From the IMG/VR virus record IMGVR_UViG_3300034073_005389, positions 186,001-250,000 of that record: a stretch of 64,000 bases of DNA. One strand, 5' to 3'. This document shows, one piece after another, positions 37,022 through 46,652 of this stretch; within the stretch, counting starts at the first letter, position 1; every line of letters begins with the position of its first letter. Position numbers and translations under genes: made by a program. Below the pieces are notes generated by a model. It ran no database searches. It was not told the origin of the DNA and saw nothing but the letters and a program-made list of their open reading frames with translations.

Positions 37022-37983
37022 AGTAAGTGACTTAAATTTAACATGTTAATTAATTCTAGTATTTTAGAAGTAAAAGTATGCTCCATTAATACTTTTCTAT
37101 GACCATTTTTACCAACTTCTAATGCTTTATCTGGATTATTTTTACAAAACTGTATGATAGAGTGTATATCCTCTATAGATTTAGCAATAAATAGATCCTG
37201 ACCATCTACAAAATAACTATCATAATTAGGGAAGTCCCAAGAAATAACTGGTCTGCCTGAAGCTAAGCACATTAATAATCTATCAGAAAAATAATGTGCA
37301 ACCTCATTAAAATGACTAATGCTTAGTACGCAAACACTAGAGTTATAAACCTCGTTAGTTTGAGGCATGGGTATAAATTTGGAAGGGACATTATAATTCC
37401 TTCCAAACAAACCAAATCTGTCTTTATATCTAGTATATAAGCTATGCGCAACTTGTGATCTTAATGATGACGATGGAAAGTTTCCATAATGGTTAGCTGC
37501 AAATGAAATATCGTATTTAAATGATGAATAATTTTTAGGAAAATATAATTTAGGATCATATCCTATTTGCCAATAACAAGGATTCTTGCAGCCGCTATTT
37601 TTATATAAATCTAATTGACCCGTACTAGATATCAAAGAGTAATCGCATCCTTGAGATATTTTACAAAATCCGCTATCAGCATATGCCCTACAATCTCCGG
37701 TCCAGTTAGTAATAACTACTCCAGGAGACAATTTTCTAGCTTCATTTAAAACTTCTACACTAAGAAGCCCGCTAAATTGGAGCTGCATGTGAATCAATTT
37801 TGGTTGAAAAGTTCTAACTACCTTTAAAAACCCTTCATTTACACTTTCTCTTCTTTTAGAATTTAACCAAATTCTATTAAAATCATAAATTTCTAATTTA
37901 ACTCCAGCATTGTGCCAAGCATCATATGTAGCTTGCTGCACTGTATTATTATCATTTAATGGTAAATATAAAACTTTTAACAT
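37018..37983 (-). CDS. GT-B glycosyltransferase (CgeB / Glyco_trans_1_2-like)
   Basis: WTGD, YDISF.AN, YFSDRL..CLASG, GH.KV..EHT. Confidence 0.8.
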   Translation of the reverse strand: MLKVLYLPLNDNNTVQQATYDAWHNAGVKLEIYDFNRIWLNSKRRESVNEGFLKVVRTFQPKLIHMQLQFSGLLSVEVLNEARKLSPGVVITNWTGDCRAYADSGFCKISQGCDYSLISSTGQLDLYKNSGCKNPCYWQIGYDPKLYFPKNYSSFKYDISFAANHYGNFPSSSLRSQVAHSLYTRYKDRFGLFGRNYNVPSKFIPMPQTNEVYNSSVCVLSISHFNEVAHYFSDRLLMCLASGRPVISWDFPNYDSYFVDGQDLFIAKSIEDIHSIIQFCKNNPDKALEVGKNGHRKVLMEHTFTSKILELINMLNLSHLL

Positions 37984-37984
37984 T

Positions 37985-40447
37985 TTATTTTCCTAATAAA
38001 ACTAACATTTTTTTATATAATTCTTCATTATAAGAAGGATTATAATTAAAAATTAATTTTTCATTATTTTTAAATTTAGAAAATGCAAAATCAATCGCTT
38101 CTTCATCAATTTTAAGTTTATTATCAATCATATGATTTCTCGCAAAGATCATATTTGAATCGTCTTTTAAGTAAAAGACGTTATTAGTAATAATATTTAA
38201 ATGATGCGCTTGAACAAAATTAACAAGACCAGACTCATAATTAGTTTCAAGAGAAAAATCAATAATTAATTTTGAGCCATAAAGCAAGCTAATAATTTTA
38301 TCATAGTCTTCATATTCGGAATATCTAATAACATTAGATGGTAATTTTAATCTAGACCCGACAACAACTAAATTTTTTAGATTTAACTGCTTAAAACATT
38401 TTACCACGGAAGGAGTAAATTCTTCGTTTTTTTCAAAATACAAAGCATAATCTTCTATTTTAGAAAAAGGAGAAGTATTTAAATTAAACCATAATTTAGG
38501 CAGTCTAGTAATTTTTTTACCAGGGAATTTATCTATTAATTTATTAAAATTATAAAAAGATGGAGTAATGATGTGGTTACATTTATCCAGCGCTTGAATC
38601 ATAGATTCTGAAAATTCAATCTCAGATTCTTCTAAAAAGAGATTTTTGGCTGGTAGTAATCTATCTCCAGACCCTATAACTAAATCTAGTTCATTAGATT
38701 TAGGAAATGATTTTAAATTTTTTACACAATTATGTACTTTTAATTGTGGGAAAAAAGGCTGGATCTTACGAACCCATTGTCTAGAAGAGAAATTAACTGG
38801 TAATACTGTAAAGTTTACATCCCAAGTATTAGTTGGAGAGAATCTTTCTGGTTCAAAAATACTATTAAATTTAGAAACATCTTTAACCCAACTAGTTTTT
38901 AGTGTAATCTCTTCTTTTATAGGAGGACTAGAGACTATTAGTCTATTTTCTATATTATCTATATTATCTGACTGCCCTGTAAGCACAGGGATAGAATTCT
39001 TCTTAAATTTATTATTTATTTCTTTAATAACAAATTCTCGTTTAGAGCAAACCCAAAATCTTCTTAAATTATTATTTTGATTTTTAGAATCTAAAACTTT
39101 CCAATCATAAAGGTGACTGTCATGGTTGAGATCTGGATGATCTAATCTAGTAAAAGGTAAACCTGCATCTGAAAAAATTTTTTCTATTTTAGCAGCTGTA
39201 GGTCGGCTGCCCACACCACAAAAAGATAAAGATGGATTAGTTTTATCTTCTGGAATAGTATAATTAATATTTGGATTATTAGAGTCGCATACAGCCATTT
39301 CTAATATAAGAGTGTCTTTTGTTTTATTACACAAATCTTTTAAATGCGATTCGTAGTTAGCAACATGATGTAATGTATCAATACTTAAAACAATATCAAA
39401 TTTAGTCGAAATATGTAGCGGTGACTCAAAATTTAATTTAACAGTTTTAATATTAGGATATTTTTTATTAATAATATTGATATTTTCTTGCCTGGCATCT
39501 GCAGCTATTACCGCTGATCCTAGCCTAGATAAAGAGGCTCCTACGTCGCCATTACCAGCACCAGCATCTAAAACATGCTTTCTAAAAAAGAATTTAGGAG
39601 TAAATAAATTTAATATAAATTTTAATTTATGTTCTGAATGTTTATTCATGAATAAATTTGACATATTCGCCTGCTGTAGTTGCTGTTGAATTTCAAGCCT
39701 AAAATCGGGAGCGTCATTAATATGAATATTTGTATTGCTTAATACTGGTAAAGTATTGTTGACAACAGGCTGAGAGATAGGTAATGGTAAGTAATTAAAA
39801 TCAGAAAGATTTGCAGACTCATCTTTTACACAAAACCATAATCTTCTTTTATAAAAGTCACAACTGCTATCATTTTTTTCTAACCAATCATAAACATATG
39901 AACTAGAGTTAAATTTGTTACTATTTATTCTAGTAAATTTCATTCCACACTGAGATAAAATTTTTTCAATAGCAGCAGTAGTAGGTCTAGTGCCAGTGCC
40001 ATTTACTGATAAGTCGAAAATAGACTTATTTTCTTTAATAATAACTACTTTAGCGTCATCATGATGATCGCAAACAGCTGTTTCTAATACTAGATTTTTG
40101 GCAATACGACATACTTGCTGCAAATGTGACTGATAATCTGATACGTGGCATAACAATCCTAAATCTAAAACTAAATCAAATTTTTCATTTTGAAATGGAA
40201 AGCCCCTATCTAAATCGTGTTTAATTGTTTTAATTCCAGGATATCGTTTATTGGCAACTTGTAAATGCTCATTTCTAGCGTCTAAAGCAATGACAGACGC
40301 GCCCAATCGATGTAAAGGACCGCTTAAGTCTGCATATCCACAGCCTAAGTCTAGTATTTTTTTGCCAGACATAAAAGAAGGACCATAATGGTCCATTATT
40401 CCTTTTAGTCTTTTTTGGTTCCAATCAAAATACTTGCCAGTAAACAC
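37985..40447 (-). CDS. multidomain protein: two tandem class I SAM methyltransferases plus degenerate C-terminal GT-like region
   Basis: ILDLGCG...LDAR and VLDAGAG...ADAR, each followed by LE.AVCD...G.G.RPT..YDW...RR.W; GTG start with GAGG SD. Confidence 0.8.
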   Translation of the reverse strand: MFTGKYFDWNQKRLKGIMDHYGPSFMSGKKILDLGCGYADLSGPLHRLGASVIALDARNEHLQVANKRYPGIKTIKHDLDRGFPFQNEKFDLVLDLGLLCHVSDYQSHLQQVCRIAKNLVLETAVCDHHDDAKVVIIKENKSIFDLSVNGTGTRPTTAAIEKILSQCGMKFTRINSNKFNSSSYVYDWLEKNDSSCDFYKRRLWFCVKDESANLSDFNYLPLPISQPVVNNTLPVLSNTNIHINDAPDFRLEIQQQLQQANMSNLFMNKHSEHKLKFILNLFTPKFFFRKHVLDAGAGNGDVGASLSRLGSAVIAADARQENINIINKKYPNIKTVKLNFESPLHISTKFDIVLSIDTLHHVANYESHLKDLCNKTKDTLILEMAVCDSNNPNINYTIPEDKTNPSLSFCGVGSRPTAAKIEKIFSDAGLPFTRLDHPDLNHDSHLYDWKVLDSKNQNNNLRRFWVCSKREFVIKEINNKFKKNSIPVLTGQSDNIDNIENRLIVSSPPIKEEITLKTSWVKDVSKFNSIFEPERFSPTNTWDVNFTVLPVNFSSRQWVRKIQPFFPQLKVHNCVKNLKSFPKSNELDLVIGSGDRLLPAKNLFLEESEIEFSESMIQALDKCNHIITPSFYNFNKLIDKFPGKKITRLPKLWFNLNTSPFSKIEDYALYFEKNEEFTPSVVKCFKQLNLKNLVVVGSRLKLPSNVIRYSEYEDYDKIISLLYGSKLIIDFSLETNYESGLVNFVQAHHLNIITNNVFYLKDDSNMIFARNHMIDNKLKIDEEAIDFAFSKFKNNEKLIFNYNPSYNEELYKKMLVLLGK

Positions 40448-40459
40448 AACAACCTCTTA

Positions 40460-40618
40460 CTAGCTTTTTGCTTTAATAATCAATACTTCTGTAGATTTTT
40501 TATTCGATTTTTGATTAGTAAATCCACATTTGCGACATTTAACAGTTTTTTGGACCGATTTGTGATTATTAATAATATCCACTTCTCCGTGACATAGCTT
40601 ACATTTTAATAATTTCAT
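40460..40618 (-). CDS. small Zn-ribbon protein (52 aa), not in ORF track
   Basis: MKLLKCKLCHGEVDIINNHKSVQKTVKCRKCGFTNQ...; fills the gap exactly between neighbours. Confidence 0.7.
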   Translation of the reverse strand: MKLLKCKLCHGEVDIINNHKSVQKTVKCRKCGFTNQKSNKKSTEVLIIKAKS

Positions 40619-40625
40619 TAATGCC

Positions 40626-41114
40626 TCAATTAAATATTAATAATTTTTGTAATTTTGGATCTAAATGAGTTTGGTCTAGCTCACAATTTGGATTAGATTT
40701 AATAAAATTCATAATTTTCATTCTGCATGCAGATAGCATATCATCTTTAAAATTATTATTTTTAATATTGAAAGTTAATCTAGAAAAACAAATAATATTT
40801 TTTCTTTTATGATAATTATGCCTCATATAAACTAAACGTGTTTGTCTAGGAGATGAGTATACTCTTATTTTTTCTGGCTTGTTATTAAACGTATATTCTA
40901 ATTCTAGATAAGGAGCTACATAAACTTTTTGATAGCGATCAATAAATTCAATATGAGAATATTGAGAATTTACATATTTAGATACAAAGCCTTTAAATTG
41001 ATTTTTTTTAATGTAAAGAACTCTAGCATCTGGTATTGAATCTTTTACAAATTTATGAATTTGTATAGATTTTTCCAAATCTAAAATAGCATCATCAATA
41101 CTTTGTCTTGGCAT
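40626..41114 (-). CDS. hypothetical protein
   Basis: 162-aa ORF ending KLQKLLIFN. Confidence 0.6.
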   Translation of the reverse strand: MPRQSIDDAILDLEKSIQIHKFVKDSIPDARVLYIKKNQFKGFVSKYVNSQYSHIEFIDRYQKVYVAPYLELEYTFNNKPEKIRVYSSPRQTRLVYMRHNYHKRKNIICFSRLTFNIKNNNFKDDMLSACRMKIMNFIKSNPNCELDQTHLDPKLQKLLIFN

Positions 41115-41145
41115 AATATCTATTTATATATCATCTTAAATTAAT

Positions 41146-41361
41146 TTAATCATCAAAAATAATTTTGGTCTTGCCATTATGACCATGAACATGTTCTACA
41201 TCTTGTATAGAATGATAAATAGCTATGCTGCTACGACTACCAAACCAATGAACCACTACTTCACCAGTATCTAAAAATAAACAGCCTTCAGCTACAATTC
41301 CGCATCCACTTACACCTGACGCATCTTCCAATCTTTCGAAATGAAATCGACGCATTGTCAT
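41146..41361 (-). CDS. conserved small phage protein
   Basis: RRF...R.ED.SGVSG.G.VAEG..F......HGHNG.T pattern, recalled from phage hypothetical proteins. Confidence 0.7.
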   Translation of the reverse strand: MTMRRFHFERLEDASGVSGCGIVAEGCLFLDTGEVVVHWFGSRSSIAIYHSIQDVEHVHGHNGKTKIIFDD

Positions 41362-41450
41362 ATTCGTATCCTTTTGTTACCTACAAAACAATATCTATTT
41401 ATACATAATTTAAAAAATTATCAGAAATTGTTACAACCTAGAATTTTATT

Positions 41451-41642
41451 TTAATCATTAAACGCTAAAACAACTAAAGCAGTGCAAATTGTAGCTGACA
41501 TAATAGGTCCAATTATTGCTTGAAGTACTCCAAAAATTCCAACCCAAGCCACTGCGCCTACCACTACCCTCCACAAAAAACCTTCAATAAAAAATAGCCA
41601 AAATAAAAAAACGGCAATCGCCGCTAAAATAATTAATCCCAT
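41451..41642 (-). CDS. small membrane protein
   Basis: 63 aa, almost entirely hydrophobic (2-3 TM). Confidence 0.6.
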   Translation of the reverse strand: MGLIILAAIAVFLFWLFFIEGFLWRVVVGAVAWVGIFGVLQAIIGPIMSATICTALVVLAFND

Positions 41643-41644
41643 TA

Positions 41645-41965
41645 TTATACACCTTCAATCATTTGTTTTAATGATTCCTTACTATTTAAACCAGTTCTAG
41701 TTGAAACAACTGATCCATTTCTAAATAATAATAAAGTGGGCAAGCTTCTTATATCAAAAAATTTAGTATTTTCAGGAGCCTCATCAATATCTATTTTTAC
41801 CACTTTTACAACATCTTGTAATTCTTTAGCCAAAGTTTCAAGAATAGGCAATTGTTTCTTACAAGGACCACACCAAGTAGCCCCAAATTCAACCAGTACT
41901 GGTTTAGTTTCTTCTAATACCTCTGAATCAAATGAATTATCTGTAACTGTAAATACTAATTCCAT
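41645..41965 (-). CDS. trxA: thioredoxin
   Basis: VLVEFGATWCGPC, IRSLPTL; AGGAG SD. Confidence 0.95.
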   Translation of the reverse strand: MELVFTVTDNSFDSEVLEETKPVLVEFGATWCGPCKKQLPILETLAKELQDVVKVVKIDIDEAPENTKFFDIRSLPTLLLFRNGSVVSTRTGLNSKESLKQMIEGV

Positions 41966-41983
41966 AATTGTTCTCCTGGATAT

Positions 41984-42011
41984 ATTGTATATTTTTTATA
42001 TAATGTGTCAA
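41984..42011 (-). promoter_or_regulatory. sigma70-like promoter TTGACA-N16-TACAAT
   Basis: Directly upstream of trxA. Confidence 0.8.
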
Positions 42012-42036
42012 GATAGTGTAATATTTTAAATATAAG

Positions 42037-42264
42037 CTAATTTAATAAATTTTTTTGCTCTTTTACATTGGATAAATATTCCGGAATATAAAATCCTGAA
42101 TCAAAAATTTGAATAGTGGCTTCTGCTTGCTCAAATCCTTCTAGCTTAGCTTGATTTAAAGCCTGGTCTACTTCTTTTGCAGCCTTTTCAAAAGAAATAG
42201 ATAAAGAAATTAAATGCCATTTTGCTTTAGGTCTACTTTTTAAATAAACACCATGAATCATCAT
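42037..42264 (-). CDS. hypothetical protein
   Basis: 75-aa ORF, AAGGA SD. Confidence 0.55.
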   Translation of the reverse strand: MMIHGVYLKSRPKAKWHLISLSISFEKAAKEVDQALNQAKLEGFEQAEATIQIFDSGFYIPEYLSNVKEQKNLLN

Positions 42265-42298
42265 TATTCCTTTTAAAGTATAATGCAGTATGCATATG

Positions 42299-43336
42299 TC
42301 ATATAAATACAGATAATTTATTAAACTCAGGAAATTTTTGCATCAAATATTGAATATCTGAATGTTTTTTATTTTTAGCTAGCCAATTAATAATCTTTTT
42401 AAAATTAATAGTGGGTACTTCTTTTAATAAATTTAAAATTTTATCTGTATTAGATCTTTTGTGAGTAGACGACCTACTATAAACTTTTTCTAAGTAAATG
42501 GGCAATAAATCATCCATCCAAATAGGATCTAATAAAATAATTTTTTTGAAAAAATTAAAAAAATTAGCTTCTAATTCTAAAATATTTAAAGATTTTATTA
42601 TCTCAAATACTCTGTTTTTATTAGAAATAAATTTTTCTTTTATTTTTAAAAAAATATTTTCATCAGAAAAACATTCTAAAAGTAGAGAAGATTTATAAAA
42701 TATTTTATTATAATTTTTCCTATCAAAAACTAACTCACAAATTGAATCAAAAATTTTAATCTCGTCTACCTCAAAATTTTTATTTTTTAAATCTTTAATA
42801 AGTCTAAGTAAATTAGGAAATTTTTTATAATAAAAAATAACATTACAAATATAATCTGTAATTGAATCTTTAATTGAAAGATAAAAATCTTGCAAAAAAG
42901 TAATTAATTTTTCATAACTAACAAAAGAAGGTAATTTATATAAAAAATTTTTTATGTTTTTGCTGGTAGAAGTAGGATATCTAATTTTAGAAAACTCTAA
43001 AAATTGAATATATTCTAACTTACTTAGAATGCTTTTATTATTTCTTAACTTTAAAGAATAGTTAAGCTTATTTATTAAATAATTTTCTATGTTAACAATT
43101 AGTTTTCTATACTTAATAGAATTAAGTAGCGCAAACCTACTCTCCCAAAAACCAGCTTCCCAGGCAATATTAGAAGACTTATAAAGTCGATCCCAAAAAT
43201 ACTTTAAATGGTATGGGTGATTAGAGCGTAGATTTTTCTTAAAATTTTTTAAATCAATATTTTCTTGATTAGTAAAAAATAAAGTATCTACTTGTTTTCT
43301 AAATTCTGGATTAACTTTTAAAGTAATCGCTTCCAT
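42299..43336 (-). CDS. hypothetical helical protein (very AT-rich)
   Basis: 345-aa ORF. Confidence 0.55.
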   Translation of the reverse strand: MEAITLKVNPEFRKQVDTLFFTNQENIDLKNFKKNLRSNHPYHLKYFWDRLYKSSNIAWEAGFWESRFALLNSIKYRKLIVNIENYLINKLNYSLKLRNNKSILSKLEYIQFLEFSKIRYPTSTSKNIKNFLYKLPSFVSYEKLITFLQDFYLSIKDSITDYICNVIFYYKKFPNLLRLIKDLKNKNFEVDEIKIFDSICELVFDRKNYNKIFYKSSLLLECFSDENIFLKIKEKFISNKNRVFEIIKSLNILELEANFFNFFKKIILLDPIWMDDLLPIYLEKVYSRSSTHKRSNTDKILNLLKEVPTINFKKIINWLAKNKKHSDIQYLMQKFPEFNKLSVFI

Positions 43337-44457
43337 GGTATTAAATCCTGAGGCTCTATCCCGTAAGATATATATCGTACTTTACGACCTGTATTGACTT
43401 CTATTATATTAATAAATACTTGTAAGTCACTTGTTTTTTTACTATCTTTCCATCCCTGAATTTTATTCATAATAGGATTGCTGTAAAAAAAATCTTTGGG
43501 GCAAGAAATAGGATCTTGATATGAAGTGCATACTGGAACTTCTTCCATTCCTTCTAAAATATCAAATTTTGATATAATCAAATCAGTAATCCCGCCACGA
43601 TCACAAGCATATTGTAATGCTGGCAAATCTAGCCAGCCTACTCGACGAGGTCTGCCAGTAGTAGCCCCATACTCTTTCCCACGCTCTCTTAATTCTTCTG
43701 CCTCTTTACCAAATATTTCTGTAGGAAATGGTCCTTCACCTACTCTGGTAAGATAGCATTTTGCTACACCATATACTTTATCTAAATTCAGATATCCAAA
43801 TCCACTTGCAATGATCCCAGCAACAGTAGACTCGCCACAGCTTACAAATGGATATGTCCCATGATTAATATCTAGCAGAATACCTTGAGCGCCTTCAAAC
43901 AAAATATCATCAGCTAAAAATTGTTTTTTTAACTGATAAGAAGAACAAAGATGAACGCCTAGTTTTTCTAACTCTTGCAAATAAGAGTTGCATGATGAGT
44001 GAAAATATTCGCCAGAAACCAGATCCCTAATTCTATGACCAGAACGAGATATTTTATCTTTATAAGCAGGACCAATGCCACGGTTAGTAGAACCAATATG
44101 ACCATTGGATGATTTATCTTCTTCTTGATGCTCAGGTAAAACTAAAAAAGCATCTAAATCAAGATAAACTCTGCTTGGCAATGCAGAATCAATATCCGCT
44201 AATTGACTTACTTCTTTTAAAAGCTGTTTTAGGTCAATTACCATTCCAGACCCAAGAAATGCTTTAGGTCTAGGAGACCTCCAATCAAAAGAAGGTAATA
44301 GGTTATGAACATATTTTTTACCATCTCGGTAAATAGTATGTCCTGCATTAGCTCCTCCGCCAAATCTGACTATCCAGTCATAGTTAGGAGAGAAGTCATG
44401 AGTTACACGACCTTTTGACTCATCTCCTGCCTGTGCACCTAAAACAGCTATTTTCAT
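43318..44457 (-). CDS. purA: adenylosuccinate synthetase
   Basis: GAQAGDESKG, GGANAGHT, IGSTNRGIGPAY.DK, FEGAQG, GATTGRPRRVGWLD, SKFD. Confidence 0.95.
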   Translation of the reverse strand: MKIAVLGAQAGDESKGRVTHDFSPNYDWIVRFGGGANAGHTIYRDGKKYVHNLLPSFDWRSPRPKAFLGSGMVIDLKQLLKEVSQLADIDSALPSRVYLDLDAFLVLPEHQEEDKSSNGHIGSTNRGIGPAYKDKISRSGHRIRDLVSGEYFHSSCNSYLQELEKLGVHLCSSYQLKKQFLADDILFEGAQGILLDINHGTYPFVSCGESTVAGIIASGFGYLNLDKVYGVAKCYLTRVGEGPFPTEIFGKEAEELRERGKEYGATTGRPRRVGWLDLPALQYACDRGGITDLIISKFDILEGMEEVPVCTSYQDPISCPKDFFYSNPIMNKIQGWKDSKKTSDLQVFINIIEVNTGRKVRYISYGIEPQDLIPWKRLL

Positions 44458-44458
44458 A

Positions 44459-46576
44459 TTATCCTTTGTCTACTAAATTAATATAATTAATAATGTCGTG
44501 AACAGAACTATAATCTATAGATCCAACATGCTTAAGCATTAAATATTTTTCTTTGATTTTCTCATTAAGCAATTCAATATTGTTTTCTGGGTGATTATTG
44601 ATATAACCCTCCATATCAAAATGATAATCTGGATGAAGTAATGAGTGTAAATTCAATACCTCTCTTTTATTATAGTAAAGATTATAAATCTTTTGCTCTA
44701 AAAGTAATTTCTTTGCAAAAGCAGAATCCTTATCATTAATTAAGGTAACAAGCTCATCAGTATATCGAATCAAAGATTGGTTAATCTTGCGAACATTGTG
44801 ACATGCATGCATTAATTCATCAAAATTTAATGATGAATCTTCATATACTTTTTCTTCTAAAAACTCCTCTAAAGTATCTGCGTCGCTGAAGTACTCATCT
44901 ACTTTAGAATCTGAAACAGACATATCTACACAATAAAGAGAATAATCTTTAATATGAGATAAATAATTTCCAAGAATATTAACATTAATAGGTCTGTCAT
45001 TTAAACAAATGACTTTATCATTCGTGTAAGAATCTTTTTTAATTCTACAAATAATTTTCTTATTAGAATCTTCCTCTACAAAATTAGCAGGAACTTGCCT
45101 AATACCAGCCCTATATTCTGAAGTGCTTGAAGTAAAGTACTTGTAGATGATAAGTCTAGAAGCTCCAGATTTACTAGATTTTCTAGTAGAAACATTTACA
45201 ATTTTAGATAAAGGAATTGGTTGCATTTCCTTTAGATTGTAATTTGAATTAAGAAAATCTAGTGTGCATTTACCTTCGCCGGTATGAGGGAAAATAATTT
45301 GAACACTTTTTACTGATCGATTTGCGTCAAAAAACTTCTTTAAGTGTCTAGAAGAAATCTCTTTTACATCTAAATCATTAACCATTAATACTGAGTTATC
45401 AGTAAAGCTAACATACTTAGTAAAGTATCTAGAAATTCTAGTAGAATCAGAAGATCTATAATGGCTAGAGACTCCTTTAGTAAAATGTATTACCTGACAA
45501 TCAAGCTGCAACCTATAATTATTATTTAATTCGCAATTATTCCAAAGAGTTTTAGGAAAGAAATTTGAGTTAGTAAAAACTCTACTAACTAATTTATGAA
45601 AAATAATATTAGCTTCCCATAAATTAACTGCATTTTTAATTTTAGAAGAAATTACTTTATGAACTTCATCGGTAAAAGAAGCCATAGCATCTTTTACTTT
45701 TTGCTTTGTGGGCGCATCAAAATAAATCTGCTCACGGTTTGCAGATAAGCTGAGTTCACCAATCCCAAATGTTAAAAATACATCTTCTCTGCAATTTTGA
45801 ACTAAATTAAAAGAAGGAGAATCTCTTAAATATTCTGAAGGAATGGGATATTCAATCCCATCAATAACTGCTTTTACGCCTCTATTGTATCCAGAAATTG
45901 GACTAATTTGCCAATTAGTCCCAGATAGAATAGGCGCAATATCTTTATAATTTAATTCAGAATTATTAGGAAGACCTTTAATAATAGGTTTTACTTCCCA
46001 ATGTCTGGTAGCGAATTCAATTGCTTCAGCGAATTGCCGATAATCATATTGCTTGATTGGTACAACTACTTCTGTACCATTTGGTTCGTCAGTAACATTT
46101 TCTGATAAAAGAGAAATTTTTCCAATTTTTGTCTCATCAATAAAACAAACATAATTATATTGTTTGCCCTGATAATTAGTAATAATATTGAAACTATCAC
46201 TATAAGCAAATGGAGTTTTAGCACCTAAACCAAATCCACCTGTCTGAGCGTTATCATTACGCTTAGTAGATGCGGCATATTTGATAAAAATATTAGAAAT
46301 GCGCTCAGGACTAATACCTGGTCCAAAATCTTTGATTTTTAAGAAAGATTCTACGCTATTTGGAAGATAAATATGAATTGGCTTTTCTGGAGTACCAACT
46401 TCTCGATGCGCATCTCTGGCATTACAAGACACTTCTCGGCAAATAGCAGAGATAGGGTCAGAGTACATTTTATTGCGAAGAATATCAAAAATCATTCCCT
46501 GATTTTCAATAGAAAAATACTGCTCTTCTAAATGAAGAGGTGCTGCTGGACTAGAAGATACATCATTTAGTTTCAT
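44459..46576 (-). CDS. rIIA-like protein with N-terminal HSP90/GHKL ATPase domain
   Basis: IFDIL..KMYSD...CREVSCNARDAH, DFGPGIS, GGFGLGAK.PFAYSD.F, NGTEV. Confidence 0.75.
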   Translation of the reverse strand: MKLNDVSSSPAAPLHLEEQYFSIENQGMIFDILRNKMYSDPISAICREVSCNARDAHREVGTPEKPIHIYLPNSVESFLKIKDFGPGISPERISNIFIKYAASTKRNDNAQTGGFGLGAKTPFAYSDSFNIITNYQGKQYNYVCFIDETKIGKISLLSENVTDEPNGTEVVVPIKQYDYRQFAEAIEFATRHWEVKPIIKGLPNNSELNYKDIAPILSGTNWQISPISGYNRGVKAVIDGIEYPIPSEYLRDSPSFNLVQNCREDVFLTFGIGELSLSANREQIYFDAPTKQKVKDAMASFTDEVHKVISSKIKNAVNLWEANIIFHKLVSRVFTNSNFFPKTLWNNCELNNNYRLQLDCQVIHFTKGVSSHYRSSDSTRISRYFTKYVSFTDNSVLMVNDLDVKEISSRHLKKFFDANRSVKSVQIIFPHTGEGKCTLDFLNSNYNLKEMQPIPLSKIVNVSTRKSSKSGASRLIIYKYFTSSTSEYRAGIRQVPANFVEEDSNKKIICRIKKDSYTNDKVICLNDRPINVNILGNYLSHIKDYSLYCVDMSVSDSKVDEYFSDADTLEEFLEEKVYEDSSLNFDELMHACHNVRKINQSLIRYTDELVTLINDKDSAFAKKLLLEQKIYNLYYNKREVLNLHSLLHPDYHFDMEGYINNHPENNIELLNEKIKEKYLMLKHVGSIDYSSVHDIINYINLVDKG

Positions 46577-46598
46577 AGATTAAATTCCTCAAATAATC

Positions 46599-46613
46599 AG
46601 CGCACTGTGCGCT
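46599..46613. promoter_or_regulatory. GC-rich palindrome AGCGCAC-T-GTGCGCT in the 5' leader (possible operator)
   Basis: Perfect 7-bp arms around 1 nt, between promoter and SD. Confidence 0.4.
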
Positions 46614-46624
46614 CAGGTAGTAAT

Positions 46625-46652
46625 AGTATATTATTTATAAAATAAAAGTCAA
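46625..46652 (-). promoter_or_regulatory. sigma70-like promoter TTGACT-N16-TATACT
   Basis: Upstream of the rIIA-like gene. Confidence 0.8.

Noticed and set aside
23800-40447. Classical O-antigen or capsule (serotype conversion) locus
   Set aside because: No flippase, polymerase, exporter, priming transferase or GtrABC genes in the window
43318-44457. PurZ (2-aminoadenine, Z-genome) system
   Set aside because: Catalytic Asp is retained (GDESKG; PurZ has Ser) and the GTP-type KxD motif is present; no DatZ-like partner adjacent
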